A stretch of DNA of 52,282 nt from a virus (lineage: Duplodnaviria > Caudoviricetes): positions 1 to 52,282 of IMG/VR virus record IMGVR_UViG_3300006789_000002; one strand, 5' to 3'. The notes under the pieces are model-generated. The model did not search any database. It saw nothing but the letters and a program-made list of their open reading frames with translations, and had not been told where the DNA came from. A program made the translations under genes and the position numbers. Position 1 is the first letter of the stretch. The number at the start of each line of letters is the position of its first letter. Below are positions 1 to 10,188 of this stretch, in pieces.

Positions 1-112
1 AATACGAATCCAACAACAAAACCAATTACTAATATTGAAAGAAGGGTGTTGGATGACCAAATAGAAGACTGGCATGGAACCACAGGAACTAATGTTGAGC
101 ACTATGCTTATG
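1..112. repeat. 112-bp terminal direct repeat, left copy (circular assembly overlap)
   Basis: Identical to 52171-52282; lies inside a reading frame that is continuous across the join. Confidence 0.97.
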
Positions 113-432
113 ATCCATTAGACCCAAAAGTGTTTTATGTTTATCCTGGATCAGCAGCATCAGACGCAACAATAGATATTGTTTACAGCTCATCCCCAAC
201 AGATATAACGATAGCTAACTTCACATCAACAGCTACTACAATATCTTTGGACGATGTTTACGCCAACTCTATACTTGACTATATGTTATATAGGGCATAT
301 CAAAAAGATACTGAGTATGCTGGAGATATGAATAAGTCAGGTGTATATATGCAATTATTCCAGCAGTCTTTAGGAATTAAAAACCAAGTTGACGCAGGAT
401 CTACTCCTAAGCCGTCAACACCAGCACAATAG
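1..432 (+). CDS. 3' part of head-tail adaptor-like virion protein (DUF6682-like), 221 aa in total, starting at 51937
   Basis: Frame continuous from ATG 51937 through the join; motifs RWSQQTLLNYLNDAQREVV and DYMLYRAYQKD; follows the capsid gene. Confidence 0.75.
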   Translation, partial: NTNPTTKPITNIERRVLDDQIEDWHGTTGTNVEHYAYDPLDPKVFYVYPGSAASDATIDIVYSSSPTDITIANFTSTATTISLDDVYANSILDYMLYRAYQKDTEYAGDMNKSGVYMQLFQQSLGIKNQVDAGSTPKPSTPAQ

Positions 433-438
433 TGATTT

Positions 439-1116
439 ATGGCAGTAGCAAAAAAGATAGAGTCTTTAGCACCTAGGGTAAAGAGAGAAGCCCCAAGCTG
501 CCCTTCATTTATTGTTGTAGACGAACTAAGAAACGCAATAATAGATTTCTGTGTTAATACAGATATATATCTATCTGAGCTTACACTCTTTCAAACAGTT
601 AATGGTATTAATGAATACGAGTCTGGAGATCTTGATATCCCCAACGGAGCAGAGTTAAATCATATTATAGATATCTTCTCGGAGTTCGGCGAATCAACCA
701 CGCAGGTATCAGAGAAAAGTTTAACAAGACTTACACCAAAACCCTTGATTGGATCACCATCTCTTTTTGATGCTTACGGAAAGGGAAGACCTAAATACTA
801 TAGTCAGAAGGATCAAGAGACTATTTTGTTTGCACCAACACCAGATAAGAACTATCAACTCTATGCACTCTATAGTCTTAAGCCTACAGCAACTGCGACC
901 ACGGTTCCAAGTATCATAATAAACGAATACCAAGAAGCAATTGTTCATGGTGCACTTTATAGATTACAAATGATGAAAGACAGTCCTTGGTCTGATATTC
1001 AGGCGGCAGACCTCAATAAAAAAATGTATGATAAGGCAGAAGCAGTCGCGGTAAGAAAATCTAAATACGGCGGTGTTGGGGCACCACTGACTGTTAAGTA
1101 TCAGGAGTTTGTATAA
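439..1116 (+). CDS. Phage head-tail adaptor/connector-like protein
   Basis: LRNAIIDFC...LFAPTPD...AIVHGALYRL..PWSD pattern; structural operon position. Confidence 0.6.
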   Translation: MAVAKKIESLAPRVKREAPSCPSFIVVDELRNAIIDFCVNTDIYLSELTLFQTVNGINEYESGDLDIPNGAELNHIIDIFSEFGESTTQVSEKSLTRLTPKPLIGSPSLFDAYGKGRPKYYSQKDQETILFAPTPDKNYQLYALYSLKPTATATTVPSIIINEYQEAIVHGALYRLQMMKDSPWSDIQAADLNKKMYDKAEAVAVRKSKYGGVGAPLTVKYQEFV

Positions 1117-1490
1117 TGGCTTATTCAGAAACAATTAAATTAGTTAAGGGAGACACTCTTCCAGAATTGACTATTACCCTAAGAGATAGCAATACGGCTG
1201 CATCGGGCAAGACCCTGGATCAAGAAGATCCATCAACCTTTGCACCTATAGATATTACAGGCGGAACTGTAAGGGTAAGAATTAGAAAGATAGGATCTAC
1301 TACAATACTAAAAACAATAGTAGCAACGATAACAGCCGCATCGGACGGCAAGGTTAGTATGTTATTTCCAGCAGACACATTCGCTGACGCTGGATTTTTT
1401 GAGGCAGAGGTTGAGTACACGACATCTGGCGGAAACATACAAACTGTTAATGACTTAATAAAATTAAGTGTGAGAGATGATTTTGACTAA
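1116..1490 (+). CDS. Small Ig-like virion protein (BppU N-terminal-like)
   Basis: KGDT start, beta-rich, DT..AG.FEAEVE motif; TAATG coupling. Confidence 0.5.
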   Translation: MAYSETIKLVKGDTLPELTITLRDSNTAASGKTLDQEDPSTFAPIDITGGTVRVRIRKIGSTTILKTIVATITAASDGKVSMLFPADTFADAGFFEAEVEYTTSGGNIQTVNDLIKLSVRDDFD

Positions 1491-2488
1491 TGGCTATAAA
1501 GTTACTAGTAGAATACTCTTCTCTACATCTTACAGCCACAAGACAGAAACTAGCCTCTCTATCATTATCTAGCGAGCCATCTGCCCTTTTACAATTTGTA
1601 GATTTAACCAGCTCACAAAGCTATGTAAGTCTTGACGCAGATCTTTTCTTAGACGCAGAAACTAAAAACCTTTACTTCTCTTCTCAGTATGACTCACCAC
1701 AGGTGCAGGTTATATCCATGTCAGAGGACTCAGCATTTGATTTCGGCAAGGTTCTAGGAGACAGCCTTGCGTTTGATGACAGTCAGTTAGTTAAGAGTAT
1801 TAATAAGTCCGTTGACGAAAGTATAAGTCTTACAGAGGACGTGGTTATAGTTAAGATATACTTCAGGGACTTTGCCGACAACTTCTCATTTGCCGATACA
1901 CAGTCGTTACTGTCTGGTCTAGGCAAGCAGGATGTAACAACAATAACAGAGAGTCTTGTTTTAAATTCTTCATTATCGAAGTCGGATACCTTAACGATGT
2001 CGGAGGAATCTGTCATAGCCACAGATATAAACAAGGGTGACTCAGTTGCTATCTCAGAATCGTTTGATAGGGTTGTTTCTTATATAAGAGCATTCACAGA
2101 CGCAGTAACGCTGGACGATCTTGCTAGTGCACAGGACCCTTTACAAACAGATAATGTTTTAAACAAAGATAACTTTACTACAGTAACCGATGAGCTTGCT
2201 TATTCAATAGCCTTTCCAAAATCAGACTCCATATCTTTTACGGATGATCCTGAGATATCTTTTACAACAAGCAGGACAGATTCCCTTACTTTATCAGAAA
2301 GTCTTGCCCTTAACTTACAATCAATAGCTTCCGATAGCACTTCACTATCTGATGCAGAAGTGATATCTTTTGCAAAGAGTTTATCTGATTCATTAAGCAT
2401 CACCGAATCTATTAATATTTCATTAATAACAGGTGCTCAAGGCTTAGTATTGAATGATGCTAGACTCAACACTAATGTATTAAATTAG
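1490..2488 (+). CDS. Acidic Ser/Asp-rich repeat virion protein
   Basis: Many DS-x-x-x-(S/T)-(D/E) repeats at roughly 18-aa spacing; C-terminal LN-x4-LN repeat. Confidence 0.6.
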   Translation: MAIKLLVEYSSLHLTATRQKLASLSLSSEPSALLQFVDLTSSQSYVSLDADLFLDAETKNLYFSSQYDSPQVQVISMSEDSAFDFGKVLGDSLAFDDSQLVKSINKSVDESISLTEDVVIVKIYFRDFADNFSFADTQSLLSGLGKQDVTTITESLVLNSSLSKSDTLTMSEESVIATDINKGDSVAISESFDRVVSYIRAFTDAVTLDDLASAQDPLQTDNVLNKDNFTTVTDELAYSIAFPKSDSISFTDDPEISFTTSRTDSLTLSESLALNLQSIASDSTSLSDAEVISFAKSLSDSLSITESINISLITGAQGLVLNDARLNTNVLN

Positions 2489-2497
2489 GAGATTTAA

Positions 2498-2923
2498 ATG
2501 TTAAATGATGGATTAAAACTTACAGGTAAGTTAAGCATTGCAATCAATAATGAGGTTGTGCAAGAAATACCAAACCTAGTGGTTACTGCTGGAAAAGGAT
2601 ACGTTGCTTCAAGAATGAAGGACGCTACTGCTACAGCTATGTCACACATGGCAATAGGTACTGGAACTACTGCGGCGGCTGCATCCGACACACAACTAGT
2701 AACTGAATCAGGAAGAGTGACCTTAACGTCAACAACTGTTTCAGCTAATGAGGTTGAATATGTTGCATCTTTTGGAGCAGGCACAGGAACAGGAGCTATA
2801 ACAGAGGCAGGTATATTAAATGCTTCTTCTTCTGGAACTCTTCTTTGTAGAACAGTATTTTCTGTTGTAAACAAAGGTGCTGCTGACGCAATGACTATTA
2901 CTTGGACTGTTACAGTAAGTTAA
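2498..2923 (+). CDS. Tail collar/fibre-associated small structural protein
   Basis: NLVVTAGK...MAIGTG...ITEAGILN...TITWTVT pattern; AGGAG RBS. Confidence 0.6.
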   Translation: MLNDGLKLTGKLSIAINNEVVQEIPNLVVTAGKGYVASRMKDATATAMSHMAIGTGTTAAAASDTQLVTESGRVTLTSTTVSANEVEYVASFGAGTGTGAITEAGILNASSSGTLLCRTVFSVVNKGAADAMTITWTVTVS

Positions 2924-2941
2924 TTTTAAGGAGTTATAAAT

Positions 2942-5900
2942 ATGGCTGTTAAGTTTACTAACAACGCCAGAACAACTCTTGCTGCTGACATATCAAATAG
3001 TGCAACCACAGCAACAGTTACTAGTGGTTCTGTATTCCCAGTATTAAATGCTGGAGAATATTTCTATTGCACATTTGATAATGGAACAAATAACGAAATT
3101 GTTAAGGTTACTGCAAGGAGTGGCAACACCCTTACCATAGTTCGTGGTGTAGATAACACGACAGCTAGAGCCTTCTCAACAGACGATGCTGCGGAGCTAA
3201 GAGCTACCGCTGGTCTTCTAACAGACATACAAGAAAACATTGCAGCTAAGTCTGCAAACCAAACAGTATATAACGCAACCACTGCATCAAGTGCAACAGA
3301 CTATGACATAGGTATAGATCCTGGTCTTGAAAGCAACGCAATGGTATTTCTCAATGGTGTAATGCAACACCATGACACTTTTTCATTTAGTGGATCCACA
3401 TTAACATTTGATACTGCTCCATCAAACGGACTGGCTTTAGAGGTTATTGTCGATAACTTAATTAACCTTCAGTCGTCTAACTTAACGGTAGACACATTTA
3501 CCGCAGCGGACGTTGGCGGCAATCCACAGGTTGACTTTGTTCTATCAGATGCCCCTGCGGGAGAAACAAATCTGATTGTATTTGTGGATGGAGTATTCCA
3601 GGCTAACGACACTTACACGATTTCAAGCACAACACTAAGCATGACTGATGGGGTTACTGCTGACATGACTGTAACAGTTTATGTAATGAACCCAGTTAAC
3701 ATAGGTGCTCCTAGCGATAATACAGTCACTAGCTCCAAGCTATCTGGCAACATAACCATGCCCGCCGATCTTACGGTAACAGGTGACGTTGCATTCGATT
3801 CCCCAACATTTGTAGTAGACAACGCTAATTCAAGAGTAGGTATAGGCACCGCATCACCCTCAACGCTTTTAGATATAGTTGGCGATGTAAAAATGTCTGC
3901 AAACCTAACAGTAGATACAGATACTCTACACGTTGATGCTACAAATAATAGAGTTGGAATTGGGACAACAAATCCACAAGGAACATTCGTAGTATCTAAT
4001 TCGGGAGCAGGTGGTTTTGAATTTACGCCTGACACCACATCTTTTAGTGTTGCTAATTCAAACTATATAGCTTCATATGATAGAAGTGCTTCTGCTTATA
4101 GAGATATAGTAGTTGATTTAGGTGGTGCAGAATCACAAGCAGTTAGATTTAAAGCAGGAGGCTCGGTTGGTATTGGAACGAGTGCACCTCTCGCTAAATT
4201 AGATGTTCGTATGTCTGACTCTAATGGTGACTATGGTCGTGGACGTGATGGTAATTTAAATTTAGAAAATACAAATACATCAGTTACTGAAGGCGGATGG
4301 TTGTCAATATCTGGTTATATGGGAAATTCAGCTTCTAACGGACAATATCAGATGGGTTATATAAGCGGTGGGAAACAGACAACTGCAGCTGATGGAGACT
4401 ATGGCGGCTACTTAACTTTTTGGACTACATCGAGTGGAGCAAATGGCGAAGCTAATAGTGGTGGCTATGAACGCATGAGAATAGACTCATCAGGACAATT
4501 ATTATTAGGAACTACTACTAGTGATTCTTTGTTATCAGTTGATATACAAAATACTTCTGCAAGTTCAAACAATACTTTAGTAAGAATTAAAAATACTATT
4601 GGAAGTGAAGATGCAGGTTTAATTATTGATGGTAATAATAGTGGTCAAAACGAATATAGAATAGGTGTAAATACTGTAGCTGATACTTCTGATTTAACTT
4701 TTAGTGGTGGTACAGGATATAGATTTTATACAGGTTCTACAGAAGCCATGAGAATATCCAGCAATGGTCAAGTACTTTTAACAGCAGCACATCCCTCTAT
4801 CCAATTTACAGATTCAAGCGATAATAGTGATGCGTATATACAAGCTGATGGTGGAACACTAAGATTTTTTGCTGATGATAATAATGAAGTAGGCAGTTCA
4901 TTCCAATCTTTTCATGTTGATGGAAGTGAAAAAATGAGAATAGACCAATCAGGCAGCCTGTTGGTGGGTAAAACAGAAGATGGAGGATCTAACCCTGGTC
5001 ATGTCTTTTTTGGTGCTGGTGCAGCTTATCATATACGTGATGGTGGTTTCACTAACTACTTTAATCGTAAATCTTCAGATGGTGAAATACTTAGGTTTGC
5101 AAAAGATGGCTCAACAGTTGGAAGTATTGGTGCTAGTGTTGGCGATTTAACAATTTACAGCAGCTCAAACAATCATTGTGGCTTGAGATTTACTTCAGGT
5201 GGACTAGCACCTGTAGATGATGATGGTGCTTTAGTAGCTGATACTGTAGATATAGGGCAAAGTAGTTGGAAGTTTAAAGATTTACATCTTTCAGGCGGTG
5301 CTTATGTATACGAAGTTCAGACTCAAACATTAGGATTAGGAAGTACTGTAGCTGGTGCATCTGTGGGTACTAACTACTCTGAGCCTAAAGGAGTTTTTTG
5401 GCATAACGGTGGGGGTATGACTGATTATGCAATCTATAGAACACCAGGGGCTTGGTCAGGTAATTACCAACAATTAAAACTTGACTGGGACACTGGGATT
5501 ATTATAGACGGAGGTACTGCTTACGGTAAATCAGGTGTACATATCCATGGAAATATTAGTATGGGAGATAGTACTTATAGTAATTTTACTTCTCCAAACT
5601 ATCCTGTTCATATTTGTGCAGATAATTATGGATTGATGATTGAAAGTGCTACAGGGTATGGTCATCTTGGTTCAAATAATACGTCATATTTTCATTTCGG
5701 AGGAAATAGAAATTTTTACTTTGACAATCGTTGTGAAGCCTCAGGGGGCTTTCATACATATTCAGATGAAAATTTAAAGAAAGAAATAACTGTAATACCC
5801 TCAGCACTTAATAAAGTAGCAAAAATGAATGGTGTGACCTTTAAATGGAAAGACGCAGCAAAAAGAGGCGGTGGAGATGCTGGGAAACAATTTGGTGTTA

Positions 5901-6109
5901 CAGCTCAAAATATGTTAGAAGTAGATTCTGAATTACCCACAAAAAATATAGACCCACTTTATAATGTAGAAGATGGCGTTAGTGCTGATGATGAATATTA
6001 CACAATGGATTATAATAGAATTACGCCATTCTTAATTGAAGCAGTAAAAGAATTAAAAACAAAACTAGAAGCAGCAGAAGCTAGAATAGCAACATTGGAG
6101 AGTGAATAA
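2942..6109 (+). CDS. Tail fibre 1 with C-terminal intramolecular chaperone (peptidase S74-like)
   Basis: GVGIGT and MRI repeats; YSDENLKKEI...GVTFKW...GVTAQ...LIEAVKEL plus coiled coil. Confidence 0.85.
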   Translation: MAVKFTNNARTTLAADISNSATTATVTSGSVFPVLNAGEYFYCTFDNGTNNEIVKVTARSGNTLTIVRGVDNTTARAFSTDDAAELRATAGLLTDIQENIAAKSANQTVYNATTASSATDYDIGIDPGLESNAMVFLNGVMQHHDTFSFSGSTLTFDTAPSNGLALEVIVDNLINLQSSNLTVDTFTAADVGGNPQVDFVLSDAPAGETNLIVFVDGVFQANDTYTISSTTLSMTDGVTADMTVTVYVMNPVNIGAPSDNTVTSSKLSGNITMPADLTVTGDVAFDSPTFVVDNANSRVGIGTASPSTLLDIVGDVKMSANLTVDTDTLHVDATNNRVGIGTTNPQGTFVVSNSGAGGFEFTPDTTSFSVANSNYIASYDRSASAYRDIVVDLGGAESQAVRFKAGGSVGIGTSAPLAKLDVRMSDSNGDYGRGRDGNLNLENTNTSVTEGGWLSISGYMGNSASNGQYQMGYISGGKQTTAADGDYGGYLTFWTTSSGANGEANSGGYERMRIDSSGQLLLGTTTSDSLLSVDIQNTSASSNNTLVRIKNTIGSEDAGLIIDGNNSGQNEYRIGVNTVADTSDLTFSGGTGYRFYTGSTEAMRISSNGQVLLTAAHPSIQFTDSSDNSDAYIQADGGTLRFFADDNNEVGSSFQSFHVDGSEKMRIDQSGSLLVGKTEDGGSNPGHVFFGAGAAYHIRDGGFTNYFNRKSSDGEILRFAKDGSTVGSIGASVGDLTIYSSSNNHCGLRFTSGGLAPVDDDGALVADTVDIGQSSWKFKDLHLSGGAYVYEVQTQTLGLGSTVAGASVGTNYSEPKGVFWHNGGGMTDYAIYRTPGAWSGNYQQLKLDWDTGIIIDGGTAYGKSGVHIHGNISMGDSTYSNFTSPNYPVHICADNYGLMIESATGYGHLGSNNTSYFHFGGNRNFYFDNRCEASGGFHTYSDENLKKEITVIPSALNKVAKMNGVTFKWKDAAKRGGGDAGKQFGVTAQNMLEVDSELPTKNIDPLYNVEDGVSADDEYYTMDYNRITPFLIEAVKELKTKLEAAEARIATLESE

Positions 6110-7638
6110 TGGCTAATACCAAGATCACAACAGACGTAATAGCAGACGGAGCTATAACAAGTGCCAAGCTAGACACTAACATAACTATATCTGGAGATAT
6201 CACAGGTACACTTGCTACAGCAGCACAGCCTAATATTACAAGTCTTGGAACTCTTACAGCTCTTACAGGTGGTACAGGAGATTTAAACTGGGATAGTGGA
6301 ACTTTATTTGTAGATTCTTCTGCTAATTCTGTTGGAATTGGAACTAGTAGTCCTTCAACAACTCTGCATGTAACAAGTCCAGCAGGCTCTAATAAATCAG
6401 CAATAATTACTAGGACTTCAGGTGCAGAAGCAATTAATTTAAGCGAAATGCAAGATTATAATGCCTTGCAAATACTAAACAAAAATAGTGGCTCATATTT
6501 AAACTTTGCAGGTAATGCTTCACATAGTTCAATACAAGCACAATCTAATGGTAGTACAGCAGAGGATATAGCCTTAAATCCTTATGGTGGCAATGTTGGA
6601 ATTGGAATGACACCAGCACCAGTTGGTTCTGATACAGTATTAGCATTATATAACTCTGCAACACCTAGAATAAAATTACATAATGCAGCAACTGGAACCG
6701 CAGGTACAGATGGTGGCGAAATTAACATGAGTTCAACTAATTTAATAATAGAAAATAGAGAAGCAGCTAATATTAAATTTTATAATAATGGTTCACAGAG
6801 ATTTAATATTGATAATAGAGGAAATTTATCTTTTGGTAGTCAAACATCAGACCCAGTATGGTCACAGTTTTTTAATGCAATATCTTCTAATCATGGTGGA
6901 CATGTATCTTTTCAAAGTAATAGTTTCCCTAATACTTCTTTAGGTAATAATTTTTATATTAATAATTCAACTCAAAATCAAAGAGTATTAGGATATCCTA
7001 CACAACAGTTTAAATTAGACCATCAGGGGAATTTCTTATTTGAAAGTGCAGCTAGTGGCACAGCAGGTGCAACTTTTAGTTTTACTGAGAAGATGAGACT
7101 AACTAATGAAGGTGCTTTAGGTATTAATAGTACATCAGATTCATTTAATGTAATGTCAACTGGAAGGGGACATATATTCAGACCTAATGGTGAGTCATTT
7201 CATAGCACAAATGATGCTGGTTCTCAAAATACACTTCATGTTTATGATTATGCAGATTCAACTTACAGGTTTTATGTTAGAGCATCAGGAAGTTCTGCTG
7301 GTAATATTTATGCAACTAATACTTCAATTACTGGACTATCAGACAAAAGATTAAAAGAAAACATTGTAGATTTAGAAACTGGTCTTACCGAAGTAATGGC
7401 ATTACAACCAAGAAGATTTGATTGGAAAAATGGGGATGCACAAAATGTAGCAGGTTTTATAGCACAAGAAGTAGAAAGTGTTTTACCTGAATTAGTTGGA
7501 GATTATAAACACGAGGAGCTTGAAGATTGTAAATCTTTAAAAATGGGAGATATTGTTCCAACACTTGTCAAAGCTATACAAGAACAACAAACAATAATAG
7601 ACGATTTAAAAACTAGAATAGAAACATTAGAAGGATAA
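6109..7638 (+). CDS. Tail fibre 2 with C-terminal intramolecular chaperone (peptidase S74-like)
   Basis: AAQPNITSLGTL, NVGIG repeats; SDKRLKENI...PRRFDWK...GFIAQEV...LVKAIQE. Confidence 0.85.
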   Translation: MANTKITTDVIADGAITSAKLDTNITISGDITGTLATAAQPNITSLGTLTALTGGTGDLNWDSGTLFVDSSANSVGIGTSSPSTTLHVTSPAGSNKSAIITRTSGAEAINLSEMQDYNALQILNKNSGSYLNFAGNASHSSIQAQSNGSTAEDIALNPYGGNVGIGMTPAPVGSDTVLALYNSATPRIKLHNAATGTAGTDGGEINMSSTNLIIENREAANIKFYNNGSQRFNIDNRGNLSFGSQTSDPVWSQFFNAISSNHGGHVSFQSNSFPNTSLGNNFYINNSTQNQRVLGYPTQQFKLDHQGNFLFESAASGTAGATFSFTEKMRLTNEGALGINSTSDSFNVMSTGRGHIFRPNGESFHSTNDAGSQNTLHVYDYADSTYRFYVRASGSSAGNIYATNTSITGLSDKRLKENIVDLETGLTEVMALQPRRFDWKNGDAQNVAGFIAQEVESVLPELVGDYKHEELEDCKSLKMGDIVPTLVKAIQEQQTIIDDLKTRIETLEG

Positions 7639-7639
7639 G

Positions 7640-9670
7640 ATGGCAAAGACAAAGATACCAGGTGAATATTTAAAAGACTCAGTAGTACGCTTCACGGCTA
7701 AGGCGGGGGAAAATATAACCAAGGGACAAGCTGTATATATCTCAGGCATATCAGGAGAAGTCCCAGTAGTATCTTTAGCAGACGCAGATGATACAAATAA
7801 AATGCCAGCCTTCGGTCTTGCCGAATCAACCGTCTCAACAAACGCATCAGTAGAAGTAACAAGCAACGGAACTCTAGCAGGAATAGACACGTCCTCTTAT
7901 GCACTCGGAGATATACTGTATATATCTACAACAGCAGGATCTTTAACAAACGATCCCTCTGGACTAGAGGCAAGCAAAGTACAGAACATTGGTATGGTGC
8001 AAAGGGTTCATGCCAACAACGGATCTATCAAGGTGGGCGGAGCGGGGAGAACAAATGCAACCCCAAATCTTAATGACGGAAACATATTCGTAGGTAACTC
8101 CAGTAACAAGTCCGTAGCAGATTCATTCACAGATGTATTAAACGATCAGGCTGGAATTAACTCCAGTGCTAACGCCACAGCTATAACTATTGATAGTAGT
8201 GAGAATGTTGGAATTGGGGTTACGCCAAAAGCATATCATTCAGACTATAAAGCTATAGACATCAATAATAGTGCTAGTGTCATGGGTTATACAGGTAACA
8301 ATGGTGCTTGGCTAATGGAGAACTTATATTATGATGGTAACTGGAAACATAAAAATAGTGATTTTTCAGCCTTGGTTGAAATGTATGATGGTGTTTTTAA
8401 TTTCTATAATACTGTTTCAGGAACAGCAGGAGCAACAGCAACTTTACAAAATCGTTTAAAAATTGACCAATCAGGCAATGTTGGAATTGGAGCTGATAGT
8501 CCTACAAGTTATTATTCAAGAAGTTTAGTAGTTTCTGCTACTGCTGAACAAGGTATTACTATAGCTGCAACTGGAACTAGCATGTCAAACTATCTTATGT
8601 TTGCAGACGGTACTACAGGAAATGAAGCATATCGTGGTTACATAGCTTATAGTCATACGAATGATAAAATGGCATTTGCTGCTGGTGGTGAAGAAAAAAT
8701 GTATATTGACTCATCAGGCAATGTTGGAATTGGAATTAGTAATCCAGCAGACTACAATTTTGATACTGGTGTAAATTTAGTTGTTGGAAGCTCTAGCACA
8801 AATGGTCAAATACAAGTTTTATCAGGAACAAGCGGTATAGGTTATTTAGCTTTTGCTGATGGAGTAACTGGAGCAGAAAACTACAGAGGTCTTATTCAGT
8901 ATCATCATGGAAGTAATTACATGGGTTTAAGAACCAATGGCAATGAACGCATGAGAATTACCTCAACAGGTAATTTAGAATTTAAGAGTACAACAACCAC
9001 TTTTACTGGTGCTTCATCTTTTACAAATCATTCAAATGGAGTTTTATATTTAAGAGGTGGAACTTCAGGACTAAGGCTTGATGATAACGATAGTCATAAC
9101 ACAATTCACGTTAGTGGTGCGGGTAACTATATTGCTTTTGAAACTTTAAGTGGAGTAGAACGCTGGAGATTTAACTCAACAGGACACTTCACACCTGCTC
9201 AACAACATACATATGATATAGGCGGAGTTAATGCGGAAGTTAGAAATATTTATGCACAAGGATTATATGTAGGTGGTTCAGCAGCAGCAAACAAACTTGA
9301 CGATTATGAAGAAGGTACTTGGACTCCAGTTCTATCAGGTTCAGGATATGCTTTTGGCACAAATAGTGGAGTATATGTAAAAGTAGGAAGAATGGTAATT
9401 GCAACAGCAAAACTAATTATAACCTCAGTAGGTAGTAATACTTCAGTCATTAGTATATCTGGATATCCATTTACATCATATAGTGCAAATAATAATCACC
9501 AAGTTGGTACTGTTAGAGAAAGTGCAACAACAGGTAAATTTTATGTTTGTCAAATTAATGTGAATAACACTATTGGTAGTATGAATTCAATGGATGGTAT
9601 TAGTAGTGGTAGTAATGAAATATTTACAACAGGTACATACTCTTTATCTATAACTTACATGACAGCATAA
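7640..9670 (+). CDS. Tail/head fibre protein 3
   Basis: N-terminal AGENITKGQAVYI domain, GNVGIG repeats, C-terminal LDDYEEGTWTP...YVKVGRMV tip domain. Confidence 0.8.
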   Translation: MAKTKIPGEYLKDSVVRFTAKAGENITKGQAVYISGISGEVPVVSLADADDTNKMPAFGLAESTVSTNASVEVTSNGTLAGIDTSSYALGDILYISTTAGSLTNDPSGLEASKVQNIGMVQRVHANNGSIKVGGAGRTNATPNLNDGNIFVGNSSNKSVADSFTDVLNDQAGINSSANATAITIDSSENVGIGVTPKAYHSDYKAIDINNSASVMGYTGNNGAWLMENLYYDGNWKHKNSDFSALVEMYDGVFNFYNTVSGTAGATATLQNRLKIDQSGNVGIGADSPTSYYSRSLVVSATAEQGITIAATGTSMSNYLMFADGTTGNEAYRGYIAYSHTNDKMAFAAGGEEKMYIDSSGNVGIGISNPADYNFDTGVNLVVGSSSTNGQIQVLSGTSGIGYLAFADGVTGAENYRGLIQYHHGSNYMGLRTNGNERMRITSTGNLEFKSTTTTFTGASSFTNHSNGVLYLRGGTSGLRLDDNDSHNTIHVSGAGNYIAFETLSGVERWRFNSTGHFTPAQQHTYDIGGVNAEVRNIYAQGLYVGGSAAANKLDDYEEGTWTPVLSGSGYAFGTNSGVYVKVGRMVIATAKLIITSVGSNTSVISISGYPFTSYSANNNHQVGTVRESATTGKFYVCQINVNNTIGSMNSMDGISSGSNEIFTTGTYSLSITYMTA

Positions 9671-9684
9671 CAATTTAACTAATA

Positions 9685-9704
9685 TACCTAGTGGATTCTA
9701 GGTA
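9685..9704 (+). promoter_or_regulatory. Intergenic hairpin just upstream of an RBS
   Basis: TACCTAG-tggatt-CTAGGTA perfect 7-bp inverted repeat, no U-tract, AGGAG follows. Confidence 0.4.
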
Positions 9705-9722
9705 CGGACATAGGAGAAAAAA

Positions 9723-10016
9723 ATGTCAATAACAAAAGAAACAGTCGAAGACAAAATAGAAGTTGTCGGAGACTATAAAACAATACAAGTAAGAACAGCT
9801 ACAGTCATAAAAGAAGATGGTGTAGAGCTTAGTAGGTCTTTTCATAGACACACATTAGAATGTGTAAGCTCTGTACAAAACGATGACGATAGTTGGACTC
9901 ATACAGATACTGATGTATCAGGTGAGTCTACAGAGGTTCAGGGCATAGCTTCAGCCGTTTGGACAGACGCAGTGAAGACTGCAAAACAGAACGCTAACGA
10001 AGCAAACTCAATATAG
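9723..10016 (+). CDS. Fibre-associated hypothetical protein
   Basis: EDKIEVVG..IQVRTATVIKEDGVELSRSFHRH; directly after the fibre gene; strong RBS. Confidence 0.7.
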   Translation: MSITKETVEDKIEVVGDYKTIQVRTATVIKEDGVELSRSFHRHTLECVSSVQNDDDSWTHTDTDVSGESTEVQGIASAVWTDAVKTAKQNANEANSI

Positions 10017-10024
10017 GAGATATT

Positions 10025-10183
10025 ATGGATATAATGAGTATGGTTACTTGGATAACCACTATTGTGACTGTTGCATCAATTGTTGCAGCATCCACGCCAA
10101 CACCTAAAGACGATGAGTGGATCGGTAAACTTTATAAGTTTGTAGATCTTCTTGCTCTTAATATAGGCAAAGCTAAACAATAG
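10025..10183 (+). CDS. Small membrane protein, putative holin (52 aa, not in ORF track)
   Basis: MDIMSMVTWITTIVTVASIVAASTPTPKDDEWIGKLYKFVDLLALNIGKAKQ; AGGAG RBS. Confidence 0.6.
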   Translation: MDIMSMVTWITTIVTVASIVAASTPTPKDDEWIGKLYKFVDLLALNIGKAKQ

Positions 10184-10188
10184 AATAA

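Noticed and set aside
1-112. Physical direct terminal repeat of the virion DNA
   Set aside because: It falls mid-gene in the structural operon, which is typical of an assembler overlap
4480-8720. Other CTGATGA/TCATCAG hits (about 4487, 5985, 8711; also 33079 and 49698)
   Set aside because: Inside coding sequence, with no stem II-GAAA-stem III-UH arrangement
2942-9670. Diversity-generating retroelement or invertase shufflon acting on the fibres
   Set aside because: No reverse transcriptase, no TR/VR pair with adenine-specific differences, no inverted cassettes
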